DNA of 64,000 bases from an uncultured Pseudomonadota bacterium (GCA_913047675.1 CAJWTO010000002.1:6833-70832); one strand, 5' to 3'. Numbered from the stretch's first letter, positions 42,472 to 51,789 are shown. The notes: generated by a model not told the origin, from the sequence alone. Translations and numbers: made by a program.

Positions 42472-43641
42472 ATGAGTAATAGGGGATTAACCTTTTTTGA
42501 TACGGCGATCGGTTGGTGTGGCTTAGCCTGGGACGGCAACAATATTTTGGGTTTCCAGTTACCTGAGGCGACCAAAGAGCTCACTGAAAAAAAAATGCGA
42601 GGTCAGTACCCAAATCTCGTTGGGGATGTAGTCCCAAGTAGGTTAATAGCCAATCTTTGTCGTGATGTGCTGTCGCACGTCGAGGGTAGGGCTCAGGATT
42701 TTTCCGCGATAAGTATAGACATATCGACGTTAACTCCTTTTAGTAAAAGAGTGTATGAATTTACCAGAGCGATCCCAGCAGGGAAAACGATTTCTTACGG
42801 AGAGTTGGCCAAGAGGATTGGTAGTCCTAATTCGGCGCGAGCAGTTGGTCGCGCACTGGGAGCTAACCCTATACCTTTGCTTGTTCCTTGCCATCGTGTG
42901 ATAGCAGCTAATGGGGCTCTGACCGGATTTAGTGCTACTGGTGGAGTGGAGCTGAAAGCACATCTTTTAGAGATTGAGCGTATGAGTTCGGAACACAGCG
43001 GAGGGTTTGTATATTGTCCTCGGCGTGCCGCCGGCTATTTGAAAACTCGAGACGAATATTTAGGACATTTTATTGATCAAATCGGTATGCCAAGTTTAAC
43101 AATACGCAAAACCTCAACAATTTTTGCCGCACTTACACGTACTATAGTAGGTCAGCAGTTGAGTACTAAGGCAGCAGCGACAATTTTCGAACGTTTTTGT
43201 CGCATATTACCTCGGGGTCTGAGCGGTCTGACGCCCCAAAATTATTTATCGATAAACGAGACTGAGCTTCGCAGCGTGGGTTTGTCTCGAAATAAAGTAG
43301 CAGCAATAGGGGATCTAGCGGAGAAAACTTTATCGAAGAGAGTACCCGGCTTGGCAGCATTAAGAAGGATGGACGATGCACAGGTAGTGGAGGTTTTGTC
43401 GAATGTTAAGGGCATAGGGAAGTGGACCGCAGAAATGGTTTTAATGTTTCGTCTCGGTCGTCCTGACGTTTTATCTGTTGATGATCTCGGCTTGAGGTTG
43501 GGCCACGCGATCTTGGTGAGTAGTGGTCGAGAGACTGATAGAAAGACTTTACGCGATTATGGGGAACGGTGGCGGCCGTATCGCAGTATCGCTAGCTGGT
43601 ATCTATGGCGAATTCTGGATTTGTCACGTAGTAAAAAATAA
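42472..43641 (+). CDS. fusion protein: methylated-DNA-protein-cysteine methyltransferase (Ogt) + DNA-3-methyladenine glycosylase II-like (HhH-GPD)
   Basis: The N-terminal half carries the MGMT active site PCHRVI. The C-terminal half has the HhH-GPD motif GIGKWTAEMVLMFRLGRPDVLSVDD. An alternative start lies at 42460. Confidence 0.65.
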   Translation: MSNRGLTFFDTAIGWCGLAWDGNNILGFQLPEATKELTEKKMRGQYPNLVGDVVPSRLIANLCRDVLSHVEGRAQDFSAISIDISTLTPFSKRVYEFTRAIPAGKTISYGELAKRIGSPNSARAVGRALGANPIPLLVPCHRVIAANGALTGFSATGGVELKAHLLEIERMSSEHSGGFVYCPRRAAGYLKTRDEYLGHFIDQIGMPSLTIRKTSTIFAALTRTIVGQQLSTKAAATIFERFCRILPRGLSGLTPQNYLSINETELRSVGLSRNKVAAIGDLAEKTLSKRVPGLAALRRMDDAQVVEVLSNVKGIGKWTAEMVLMFRLGRPDVLSVDDLGLRLGHAILVSSGRETDRKTLRDYGERWRPYRSIASWYLWRILDLSRSKK

Positions 43642-43673
43642 TTGCGGTGTTTTTCTGAGGAGCTATTACTATT

Positions 43674-45080
43674 TTATAAGTCTGGTCGCATTGTGTGCCA
43701 TTCGGTCAGATCTTCATAGCCCGCGGCCGCTCTTATGATGGATGATTCATCACCTAATTTCCCAATAAATTGCATAGCAGTAGGCATTCCAGAAGCGTCA
43801 AAGCCATTTGGTACGGTAATGCTGGGATGACCTGAAAAGTTTGTGGGTGCGGCAAATCGTACCAATGGTGCTATATCTTCTATCGCAGCTACTTGCTGCG
43901 GCGGATAATCCGATTGAGGACCTGCTAATCCAGGCATGGCAGGACAAACAAGTACGTCTACTGTCTCTAAGAGTTCATTGATTAACGCTCGTGTAGCTTG
44001 TCTTTGTTTACATGCTTTCGCATACTCTTTCGCACTTACTTGTAGGCCATGTTCTAGAAGTGAGCGGAAAACTGGACCGTAATCATCGGCTTTTTCTGGG
44101 AACAAACCTTCATGCCCACACAAAGCATCAACTGAGCATATTGTCATCCAATGATCGGCGGCTTCGACGATTTCTGGCCGATTAATTTCTATAATTTGAG
44201 AGCCTTCATGTCTCATTAGCTCAACTGCAGTGGCTGTGGCTTGAAACATTTGAGGGTCGCAGTCGGTAGATGAATATTGCTGATCAAACCCTACGGTGAT
44301 GCCCCTTAAGCCTTGATTCGCGGCGGATAAATAGTCGCTACTTTTATCGGAACGGGTCGATCCATCACGTGAGTCGCGCCCCTCAAGTATCTCTAGAACC
44401 ATCGCTGCGTCACGTACGCTACGAGCCATAGGGCCAATATGATCCAGTGTGTCAGATAATGGGAAAACGCCATATCTGCTTATTTTTCCAAAAGTAGGCT
44501 TGATACCTACGACCCCGCAGGCTGCTGAAGGGAACCGAATTGATCCACCGGTATCAGTTCCGAGGCTGGCAAAGCAAAGGGAGGCCCCAGTCGCGCTTCC
44601 TGAACCACTGGAAGAAACTCCTGACCAATGTTCAATGTTCCACGGATTATTCGGAGGCCTATAGTCAGGATGGTAACCATAGAGGGCAAATTCGGTTAGA
44701 TTGAGTTTCCCTAATATCACGGCGCCCGCGCTTTTAAGTTTTTCGACCACCGTGGCGTCGTGTTCTGGTTTGAACTTTTTTCGTATTGTCGAAGCGCAAG
44801 TTGTTTCTATTCCAGTAACATTGACAAGGTCTTTGAGTGCGATAGGAACTCCATGAAGTGGTCCTCGATACAATCCTTTTTTGATTTCTGATTCGGCCTG
44901 AGTTGCTCCTGTAAGAGCGAGTTCGTCTGATATTGAGATGTAACTATTAAGTTTTTTATCTATCTTATACACTCTGTCCAGCATTGCCTCTGTTAATGCA
45001 ACGGGTGATATTTCTTTGCTTTGGATGAGCGGAGCTATAGTTTCGATAGTTTGAGTTAGTAAGTCGGATTCGATAGTCAT
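43674..45080 (-). CDS. amidase (amidase-signature family)
   Basis: It has the AS-family motif GTDTGGSIRFPSAACGVVGIKPTFG. Confidence 0.8.
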   Translation of the reverse strand: MTIESDLLTQTIETIAPLIQSKEISPVALTEAMLDRVYKIDKKLNSYISISDELALTGATQAESEIKKGLYRGPLHGVPIALKDLVNVTGIETTCASTIRKKFKPEHDATVVEKLKSAGAVILGKLNLTEFALYGYHPDYRPPNNPWNIEHWSGVSSSGSGSATGASLCFASLGTDTGGSIRFPSAACGVVGIKPTFGKISRYGVFPLSDTLDHIGPMARSVRDAAMVLEILEGRDSRDGSTRSDKSSDYLSAANQGLRGITVGFDQQYSSTDCDPQMFQATATAVELMRHEGSQIIEINRPEIVEAADHWMTICSVDALCGHEGLFPEKADDYGPVFRSLLEHGLQVSAKEYAKACKQRQATRALINELLETVDVLVCPAMPGLAGPQSDYPPQQVAAIEDIAPLVRFAAPTNFSGHPSITVPNGFDASGMPTAMQFIGKLGDESSIIRAAAGYEDLTEWHTMRPDL

Positions 45081-45109
45081 TTCGCTTTCCCTAGATTCTT
45101 GATAACTGC

Positions 45110-45373
45110 TTAATCGGGTCTTTTAAGTTTAAAAAAATACCAGTAAATATTACTTTTGTCATAAATAGTCTCAGCATAATATTTTTCTTCAGCCAGGTAT
45201 TGGTGCGTTTCGACAATATTTTTTTCAATAAGTTTATCCAGCGCCGCTTTAACTTCAGCGGGAGAAGTTTCGATCCCCATTGCTGTAGATTGTTTTACCG
45301 CATAAGTATTTATGTGATCAAAAGTACTATAGGGTTTTTGCAGAGCGTCTTTTATCCACAGTGTGACCAGCAT
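45110..45373 (-). CDS. hypothetical protein (87 aa)
   Basis: It is a small ORF 4 nt downstream of the SelW-like gene stop. I recognised no family for it. Confidence 0.35.
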   Translation of the reverse strand: MLVTLWIKDALQKPYSTFDHINTYAVKQSTAMGIETSPAEVKAALDKLIEKNIVETHQYLAEEKYYAETIYDKSNIYWYFFKLKRPD

Positions 45374-45377
45374 CGTA

Positions 45378-45599
45378 TTAGACTTCTTTGGCCATAGCTC
45401 GCACCTCAGTCTCTGTCGGAAACCTTCCGCTTAGCTTTTTAGAAAAGATCATTTTATCTGGTTTACTTATCTCAAAAACACCACCGGCGCCTTCCAGCAG
45501 GATAACTTCAATTTTTTCGTATTCCAGTAGCAGCGATCTCACACGGAGTGCTTCGGGCTTATAGTTTCACTGCACGCAGTATTTGATACTAATGTTCAT
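45378..45599 (-). CDS. SelW-like (Rdx family) selenoprotein with in-frame UGA (Sec) in a CxxU motif
   Basis: It is not in the ORF track. Translation with TGA read as U gives MNISIKYCVQUNYKPEALRVRSLLLEYEKIEVILLEGAGGVFEISKPDKMIFSKKLSGRFPTETEVRAMAKEV. This aligns with SelW: YCGAUGYK vs YCVQUNYK, and GFFEV...KLIHSKKKGDG vs GVFEI...KMIFSKKLSG. The ATG overlaps the cinA stop as ATGA. Confidence 0.7.
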
Positions 45600-46825
45600 T
45601 TTTTAATTATCTCGAGTCGTAGAGCATTTAAGAGACTGATAACACTAAATTGTCGGACTCTCTCGTAATCGCCGGGTAATTTCACCAGTTCCACTCGCTC
45701 ACCCTTCGAGTCCGCAATACCTAAAAATGTTTGCCCAGCTGAACTTTTCCCTGGTAAATCATGTTCTCCAGTTGTGGCTAGGCCAATATCACTTCCAAAA
45801 AATTCTCGCGTCGCTTTAGCGAGATTTTTCGCGCCTTCTTGGGTCCCGATGAGATCGTCTTCTAGGCCTAGTATATGTTTTCGGGCCTTAGAGGATCTGG
45901 GCACCAAGCCTCCAACAAATACTTCTCCGAAAGGATCTTTACTTGATAGCCGAGTACTTGCGATCCCTCCACTAGTGACCTCTGTCACGGACATTGTTAA
46001 GTTGTATTGTTTCAGTAGTTTGATGACAACCGATTCCATAGTTTCGTCATCACTTCCAAATATACTATTTCCAAGTAAGTTTCTGACAATAACTTCTTCT
46101 TTCTCGATAGTACTCAAAACTGAGGCTTCAGTTTCGCCTTTAGCGGTGATCCGTACCTTAAGCCCTTCTATGCCGCTAGCGAGAAACGCTAGCGTAGGAT
46201 TCCCTTTTTCATCCAGCTGCTCGATCCTGTCAGACAGGATCTCTGCTAGACGACTTTCGCTGTGCCCCCAAGTCTTCAAAACTTTACTTTTAATAATGGC
46301 TTTCGTTCCTGAGCGTTTTAGTAGGTCAGGTAGAATGGCTGACTCCATCATCTGATGCATTTCATAAGGCACACCTGGTACAGCGTATATCACTTGATTA
46401 CCAATAGGACACATCAGCCCGGGTGCGGTACCAGGTTGTTTCGGGATCGCAACAGCCCCCTTCGGGATCTTTGCCTGACTTAAGTTATTATCCGGCATCG
46501 CTCTTCCGCGAGATTCGAACATATTTCTGATTATTGCAGCAATATCAGCATCAAATTCGAGTTTCACGCCCATCACTTCGGCTATGGCGTCTCTAGTTAT
46601 ATCGTCTTGGGTCGGTCCGAGACCACCGCAGCATATCACGGCATCACTTCTGTTCAGTGCAGTTTTCAGCGCACCTACTATACGGTCATGATTATCCCCT
46701 ACTTTCGTTTGGTGTAGCGAGTCGATCCCAATTTGAGCCAGATGGTCTCCGATCCACGATGAGTTAGTATCTACAATTTGGCCTAGAAGGAGTTCTGTTC
46801 CTATGGCGACAACTTCGCAACGCAT
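45596..46825 (-). CDS. cinA: CinA family protein (MocF-like N-domain + NMN deamidase PncC-like C-domain)
   Basis: It has the CinA N-terminal molybdopterin-binding-like domain and the C-terminal CinA domain. It is 409 aa. Confidence 0.75.
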   Translation of the reverse strand: MRCEVVAIGTELLLGQIVDTNSSWIGDHLAQIGIDSLHQTKVGDNHDRIVGALKTALNRSDAVICCGGLGPTQDDITRDAIAEVMGVKLEFDADIAAIIRNMFESRGRAMPDNNLSQAKIPKGAVAIPKQPGTAPGLMCPIGNQVIYAVPGVPYEMHQMMESAILPDLLKRSGTKAIIKSKVLKTWGHSESRLAEILSDRIEQLDEKGNPTLAFLASGIEGLKVRITAKGETEASVLSTIEKEEVIVRNLLGNSIFGSDDETMESVVIKLLKQYNLTMSVTEVTSGGIASTRLSSKDPFGEVFVGGLVPRSSKARKHILGLEDDLIGTQEGAKNLAKATREFFGSDIGLATTGEHDLPGKSSAGQTFLGIADSKGERVELVKLPGDYERVRQFSVISLLNALRLEIIKK

Positions 46826-46946
46826 ACTTTATTAACCTTAAATAATTAAAATTTTTACTACAGATTCAATGTTATATTTAGAATGAGAATATTAGATTTA
46901 TAGCTAGATTAATATAGCAGTAACCATTTTTTCGGAGTGATAGCAA

Positions 46947-47906
46947 TTGCGTTTTAGTATAGTTGGATGCGGGGCATTGGGAACCATACTCGGTGCTCAC
47001 TTATTAGGGGCAGGCCACGAAGTCAATGTCCGAGTGAGAGGGATGCGATTAAAACAAATAGAGACTAATGGTCTCTGCGTAAACGGCCTGAGGCAATTTT
47101 CGGGGCTTGGTTGTGGAAGCTTGACCATTAATATGCCGGTTAAAGAAGATATCTTGGTTTATGCTGTTAAGACTTACCACTTTGAGCAAGCATTTTCTGA
47201 TGTGGGCAGCTCCAACCCTTTGGCAGTATTTTCCCTAGCTAATGGCGTTGAGAAGACCCGTCTTTTAAAAAATCGTTACTCGGAGTCAAGTGTCCTAGGG
47301 TGTATGGCAAATTTCAGTGGGGAGCTGGGGAGTGATGGGGTCGCTAATTTTACCCGCAATGTTGCGGTCTATATTGGAGGTTCATCGGTACATGTGAGAA
47401 GCATAGTTGAAACTATTAATAGCGCCGGGATAAATACAATTTCTAGTGATAAAATAGAAACCGAAGAATGGTCTAAATTTGTTGGTTGGGTCGCTTTATT
47501 AGTCACCTCTGTGATTGCACGGGCAGATACTGGAGCTACATTAGCTAATCCTTATTTGGCTCAAATTGCGGCGACTATAATTTATGAATCTAGCTTAATA
47601 GCTTTGAAGCAGGGAGTTACGCTTATTGACCGTGCGCCATTTCCTGTAGCAACTATCTCTTCGGTATCACTAGCGGATGCAACGCGTGCGGTGATAAAAA
47701 TAGGGGAAGATTTTATTCGCGAAGCTCCAGGCCATCGCATGTCAGCGGTCCAAGATTTAGCTTTTGGTAGAGAGTTAGAAGTGGAAGAGACGTTAGGATT
47801 TTTGTGCAAAGAAGCTGTATCGTTCGGATTAGATTGTCCCTGTCTGCAGATGTCGTACAATATAGTCTCGGGTGTTAATCATATTCAAAAATCGTTGAAG
47901 AATTAG
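46947..47906 (+). CDS. 2-dehydropantoate 2-reductase family (ApbA/PanE-like) oxidoreductase
   Basis: It has the N-terminal Rossmann motif IVGCGALGTILGAHL and a KPR-like C-domain. Confidence 0.55.
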   Translation: MRFSIVGCGALGTILGAHLLGAGHEVNVRVRGMRLKQIETNGLCVNGLRQFSGLGCGSLTINMPVKEDILVYAVKTYHFEQAFSDVGSSNPLAVFSLANGVEKTRLLKNRYSESSVLGCMANFSGELGSDGVANFTRNVAVYIGGSSVHVRSIVETINSAGINTISSDKIETEEWSKFVGWVALLVTSVIARADTGATLANPYLAQIAATIIYESSLIALKQGVTLIDRAPFPVATISSVSLADATRAVIKIGEDFIREAPGHRMSAVQDLAFGRELEVEETLGFLCKEAVSFGLDCPCLQMSYNIVSGVNHIQKSLKN

Positions 47907-47926
47907 CAGAGGAGTTATTTTACCTC

Positions 47927-48805
47927 ATGATTGAGTCGGCCCCAGGACCCACGTCACATCGTTTTTTATCGCAAAGACTCAGGCTGCATTATGTAGACTG
48001 GGGCAATTCTGATTTAGAGCCTTTATTAATGATTCATGGTGGTCGAGATCACTGCCGTAATTGGGATTGGATCGCGCACTCTTTGAGGGAAAAATGGCAT
48101 ATCATTGCGCCAGATTTACGTGGGCATGGTGATAGTGATTGGTCTCCTGATGGGCATTACGATATGGCAAGTTATGTCTACGACCTAGCCCAGCTTATTC
48201 ATCAGAAGGGCTTGGCGCCGGTCACAATTCTAGCGCATTCACTTGGTGGAAATATCGCGCTTCGGTATGCTGGACTATACCCTGAAACGGTTAAATCTAT
48301 CGTTGCAATTGAAGGGCTTGGGTGGCCCCCGAAAGTCCTAGCAGAGCGAGCAAAAAAAACCTTTGATGAAAGGTTGAGAGATTGGATAGAAGAGAAAAGA
48401 AGTTTCGCCGGGAGGCTTCCTAGACGCTATCAGTCAATTGAAGAAGCACTAGGGCGAATGCAGGGAGAAAATAAGCATTTATCTCCAGAACAGGCTTATC
48501 ACTTAACAGTGCATGGGACGGTGCAAAATGAGGATGGCACTTATTCTTGGAAATTTGATAATTATGTCAGAAATTGGCCAGCCTATGACATGCCGACTGA
48601 CGAGCTGCAGGCGCTTTGGGCCAAGATCAAATGTCCTACTCTCTTGGTGTATGGTGAAGAAAGTTGGGCGTCTAGCCCGGAGGATGACGGAAGAATTAAA
48701 TTTTTTTCTAATGCCAAGGTCCAAGGATTTGCAGATGCTGGTCACTGGGTTCATCATGACCAACTACAACTATTTTTAGATACATTGAATAAGTTTTGGG
48801 ATTAG
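47927..48805 (+). CDS. alpha/beta hydrolase
   Basis: It has the nucleophile elbow AHSLGG and an HGGxDH-like oxyanion region. Confidence 0.7.
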   Translation: MIESAPGPTSHRFLSQRLRLHYVDWGNSDLEPLLMIHGGRDHCRNWDWIAHSLREKWHIIAPDLRGHGDSDWSPDGHYDMASYVYDLAQLIHQKGLAPVTILAHSLGGNIALRYAGLYPETVKSIVAIEGLGWPPKVLAERAKKTFDERLRDWIEEKRSFAGRLPRRYQSIEEALGRMQGENKHLSPEQAYHLTVHGTVQNEDGTYSWKFDNYVRNWPAYDMPTDELQALWAKIKCPTLLVYGEESWASSPEDDGRIKFFSNAKVQGFADAGHWVHHDQLQLFLDTLNKFWD

Positions 48806-48830
48806 CCTTACAGCATAGCTTTTGAGTTGT

Positions 48831-49667
48831 TTAAAATAAATTTTCCAAGCATCCTGATACCTCTTTTAGTTTGGCGAGATGCTGGTTTGGCGATAAGTCG
48901 CCGCCCAGCGTTCGGATGCAAAGATGAGATAGGCCTATCTCATTCCAATTTTTGACGCGATCTTTCCATTCAGCTTCTCGAGGTCCGACCACAGCTACTC
49001 CAGCCTCTTTTCCTATCTCGAGAGGATTCCGGCCTGCAGCAGATGCGCAGCAAATGATTTTTTCATTTAACTTAGGAAACTCTTCTGGAGTGCATAAGAC
49101 AAACCAACCGTTAGATTGAGTGGCAATCCGGTTTATTACTGCGCCATTTGGAGACGCCTTAGCCCCAATCCACATAGGTATTGGTCTTTGCACCGGCAAG
49201 GGGTTGAGACCAGTGTCTGAGATGGAGTGCCACTCGCCATTAAAGGTAACTTGATCTTGTGTCCAAAGTGCTTTTAATAAGCGCATCTGCTCGTCACAAC
49301 GCTTTCCCCGATTTTTGAAGTCTTCGCCTAAGAAAGTATACTCTTCTTCGCTGCCTCCAACTCCTATTCCTAGTCTGAGCCTTCCCCCGGAAAGGATATC
49401 TATTTCTGCTGCTTGCTTAGCGACTAAGACAGTCTGTCGTGCCGGCAATATAATAACGGAAGGAACTAGCTCGATTGATTCGGTAATGCCGGCAAGATAA
49501 GCCATTAGGGTAAGTGGTTCGTGAAGGTGTTTGTTTCCAGGCCTCAAGATCTGGTCTGGAATGCGGAGGTGATTGTAGCCAAGCTGCTCTGCCATCTGAC
49601 AAAAATCTTTGATAGCTATGATATCATTTTTGAGCTCCCTTACTGGGAGGGATACACCTATTTTCAT
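48831..49667 (-). CDS. LLM-class flavin-dependent oxidoreductase
   Basis: It has a luciferase-like monooxygenase TIM-barrel pattern. It overlaps the formamidase gene by 4 nt. Confidence 0.6.
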   Translation of the reverse strand: MKIGVSLPVRELKNDIIAIKDFCQMAEQLGYNHLRIPDQILRPGNKHLHEPLTLMAYLAGITESIELVPSVIILPARQTVLVAKQAAEIDILSGGRLRLGIGVGGSEEEYTFLGEDFKNRGKRCDEQMRLLKALWTQDQVTFNGEWHSISDTGLNPLPVQRPIPMWIGAKASPNGAVINRIATQSNGWFVLCTPEEFPKLNEKIICCASAAGRNPLEIGKEAGVAVVGPREAEWKDRVKNWNEIGLSHLCIRTLGGDLSPNQHLAKLKEVSGCLENLF

Positions 49668-50674
49668 CTGTTTACCTTAGTAGGAGAATTAATGGCATCG
49701 AACAATCTACTTTTGGGATACTCTGCGCCTACAACGTGTTGAATGGTCTGGAGACGCACCATTTGGTAAGTTCGGATCCTAAATGCAGGGTCACAGGACA
49801 TGCGAATATACAGGTCTTTTGGCGGCACCTCATATTCATCTGCCAGCCATTGCATTAAGTTATCTGTCGCGTCGTAGACAGCATGTTCCATTGGTAAATT
49901 AATACCTATCGCTACTATACTTTCAGGTTTTTCTATTCTGACACAGGGTAGGCGCTTGTTAGAAATTACTCTACAGGATAGTTGGACTGTGGATCTAGTC
50001 TCATCCGCAATTCCGGTAAATTCTGTATCGCCCTGCCCGCCGTGCACATCGCCTATATAGAGGAGACCACCTTCATTATAAGAGTTCAGATAAATAGTAT
50101 GACCGGCACAAACATCTCTACAGTCAATATTGCCACCGAACGGGCCTTGCCCAAGTACTGAGGTAAACACCTCGCGTTCGGGTGCGGTGGCTAATGTGCC
50201 CACAAAGGGTTCAAGAGGCCAGCTCAGATTTTCTGAGTATTTGGCTGTCCCATCTCTGGTAAACCCACTTGGGCCTTTGAGGTGTTCTATCACCTGAACA
50301 TGACCTTCGGTACAGTCATGATAGCGGAGCGAGTCGCCTAGAGGGCCAATCTTCGGTAAGATGCCGGAGAATCCGTAACGCCACGGATCCACCCAGTCAA
50401 TATCTACTGCGACAACATCGCCTGAGTGACACCCCTTAATAAAAATGGGACCGACAACCGGATTGAATAGGCCGGGGGTTGCATCTGCCAACTCAGAAAA
50501 GTGCGTACCACTAAACCCTTGGATAGTTGGATCATCGGAATCATCTGATATCATGCCAGAAAGAGCATCGTCGGTTTCGATTTGAAAAGTTTCGCCCGAT
50601 TCCACATGGAGGCACGGCTCATCGCGATTATCGAAAGCATATTTTTGGACCTGTCCTCTTTTTAAAATCTTCAT
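49664..50674 (-). CDS. acetamidase/formamidase family protein (FmdA/AmdA)
   Basis: It is FmdA_AmdA-like over its length. The start was chosen at the ATG preceded by the SD AAGGGGA rather than the upstream TTG at 50728. Confidence 0.6.
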   Translation of the reverse strand: MKILKRGQVQKYAFDNRDEPCLHVESGETFQIETDDALSGMISDDSDDPTIQGFSGTHFSELADATPGLFNPVVGPIFIKGCHSGDVVAVDIDWVDPWRYGFSGILPKIGPLGDSLRYHDCTEGHVQVIEHLKGPSGFTRDGTAKYSENLSWPLEPFVGTLATAPEREVFTSVLGQGPFGGNIDCRDVCAGHTIYLNSYNEGGLLYIGDVHGGQGDTEFTGIADETRSTVQLSCRVISNKRLPCVRIEKPESIVAIGINLPMEHAVYDATDNLMQWLADEYEVPPKDLYIRMSCDPAFRIRTYQMVRLQTIQHVVGAEYPKSRLFDAINSPTKVNR

Positions 50675-50785
50675 GAGCTCATTCCCCTTATTAATATCTG
50701 TCGAAATTGCGACTAATTTGTAAACCAACTTTAATATTCAATGAATTTTAATACAATAAGTGTCGACTGAAGCTAAGACAAGCGG

Positions 50786-51310
50786 GTGCAGATTGATATG
50801 TGGGAATACGATGGGTCCTCGAGGCCGCCTTTTGCTGACGAGCCCAATATTCAACAGGAGTCTGTTTGGGATTATCCAAGACCTCCGCGGATTGAATGCT
50901 CGGTTAAGCTGGTTCGTGTAGCGTCGAGTGCTGGATTGATTGCGGAAACGTTATCTGCTCTGAGAGTTATCGAGACAGCTTCGCCCCCCGTTTACTATCT
51001 ACCGCACTCATCTATTGACCGGACTTTTTTACGGAAAATCGAACACTCTTCATGGTGTGAATGGAAAGGATCAGCTAGCTATTTAGTATACACAGGCGGT
51101 GAGATAGAGGTGATAGCGGGTTGGTCTTACGAAGACCCATCGGACGGTTTTGAATTGCTAAAAGGTTATGTTTCTTTTTATCCGGGAGTTTTAAATTGCT
51201 TTTTGGATAAGGAGCTAGTTCAGGCTCAGCCTGGCAAATTTTATGGTGGTTGGGTTACGAAGGATATTTTAGGTCCGATGAAAGGTGGACCGGGCACCAG
51301 TCATTGGTAA
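50786..51310 (+). CDS. DUF427 domain protein
   Basis: It has the YPRPP and CxWKGxAxY pattern typical of DUF427. It is divergent from the formamidase gene. Confidence 0.5.
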   Translation: MQIDMWEYDGSSRPPFADEPNIQQESVWDYPRPPRIECSVKLVRVASSAGLIAETLSALRVIETASPPVYYLPHSSIDRTFLRKIEHSSWCEWKGSASYLVYTGGEIEVIAGWSYEDPSDGFELLKGYVSFYPGVLNCFLDKELVQAQPGKFYGGWVTKDILGPMKGGPGTSHW

Positions 51311-51367
51311 ATATATTTTATTTAGACTATAGCGTATGCTTTTGGACAATAGTGTGTTCAGGAAGGA

Positions 51368-51398
51368 TAAAAAAAACCGGACTATGAAGTCCGGTTTT
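51368..51398. terminator. bidirectional rho-independent terminator hairpin
   Basis: The sequence is A8-CCGGACT-ATGA-AGTCCGG-T5. It follows the DUF427 gene. Confidence 0.7.
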
Positions 51399-51590
51399 TA
51401 GGGAGACCTGAATAAATTGAAGGGGAGGTCAAGTTATCCAAGTACTTCTAAAAGCGTTGAAGGGGAGGTTCAAGCATCTCTTAGATGTATGTACTTTAAC
51501 TTTCTAGATGTTGCGCCGCAACATGCTAAATTGAAAATGAGTATTTCTATTATGGAAAGGCGTCTGCTCTAAAATGGAACAGCCTGCACC

Positions 51591-51624
51591 AAAAAAAAGC
51601 CGGAACATAGAGATCCGGCTTTTT
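51591..51624. terminator. bidirectional rho-independent terminator hairpin
   Basis: The sequence is A8-GCCGGA-(9 nt loop)-TCCGGC-T5. On the minus strand it would terminate the DMFase-like locus 2 transcript. Confidence 0.65.
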
Positions 51625-51789
51625 GGGAGGTCCCAGAATTAGCTTCGAGGGGAGATCGAATTACTAACAGGGAAACGTATTATATAAGTAATATGATGCG
51701 TCGCAACATACAAAATAGAACAAGTGTCTTTCCAAATTGTACTAGCTGAGTCTCCGAAATAGAAAAACTAATTTTACTGTGAAGTAATT

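Larger units (their letters stand above)
51368..51715. repeat. tandem degenerate direct repeat (~150 nt x2) with GGGGAGG motifs
   Basis: Unit A is 51368-51530 and unit B is 51591-51715. Each begins with a terminator hairpin. Each contains TTGAAGGGGAGGT-like motifs (3 copies in total) and ends with GATGTTGCGCCGCAACATGC / GATGCGTCGCAACATAC. Confidence 0.5.

Noticed and set aside
45774-46355. A 193-aa plus-strand ORF antisense to cinA, and similar antisense ORFs (54623-55132, 60066-60491, 62577-62933, 41900-42325, 9526-9972)
   Set aside because: All lie opposite confidently assigned genes. They have no motifs. They are shadow ORFs.
50675-50728. Upstream TTG start extending the formamidase ORF by 18 codons
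   Set aside because: An ATG at 50674 is preceded by a good SD (AAGGGGA). The TTG has no SD.
51400-51480. The GAAGGGGAGGT repeats as a possible CRISPR array
   Set aside because: There are only three irregularly spaced copies. There is no constant repeat-spacer periodicity and no cas genes. The pattern fits a duplicated non-coding element or sRNA better.
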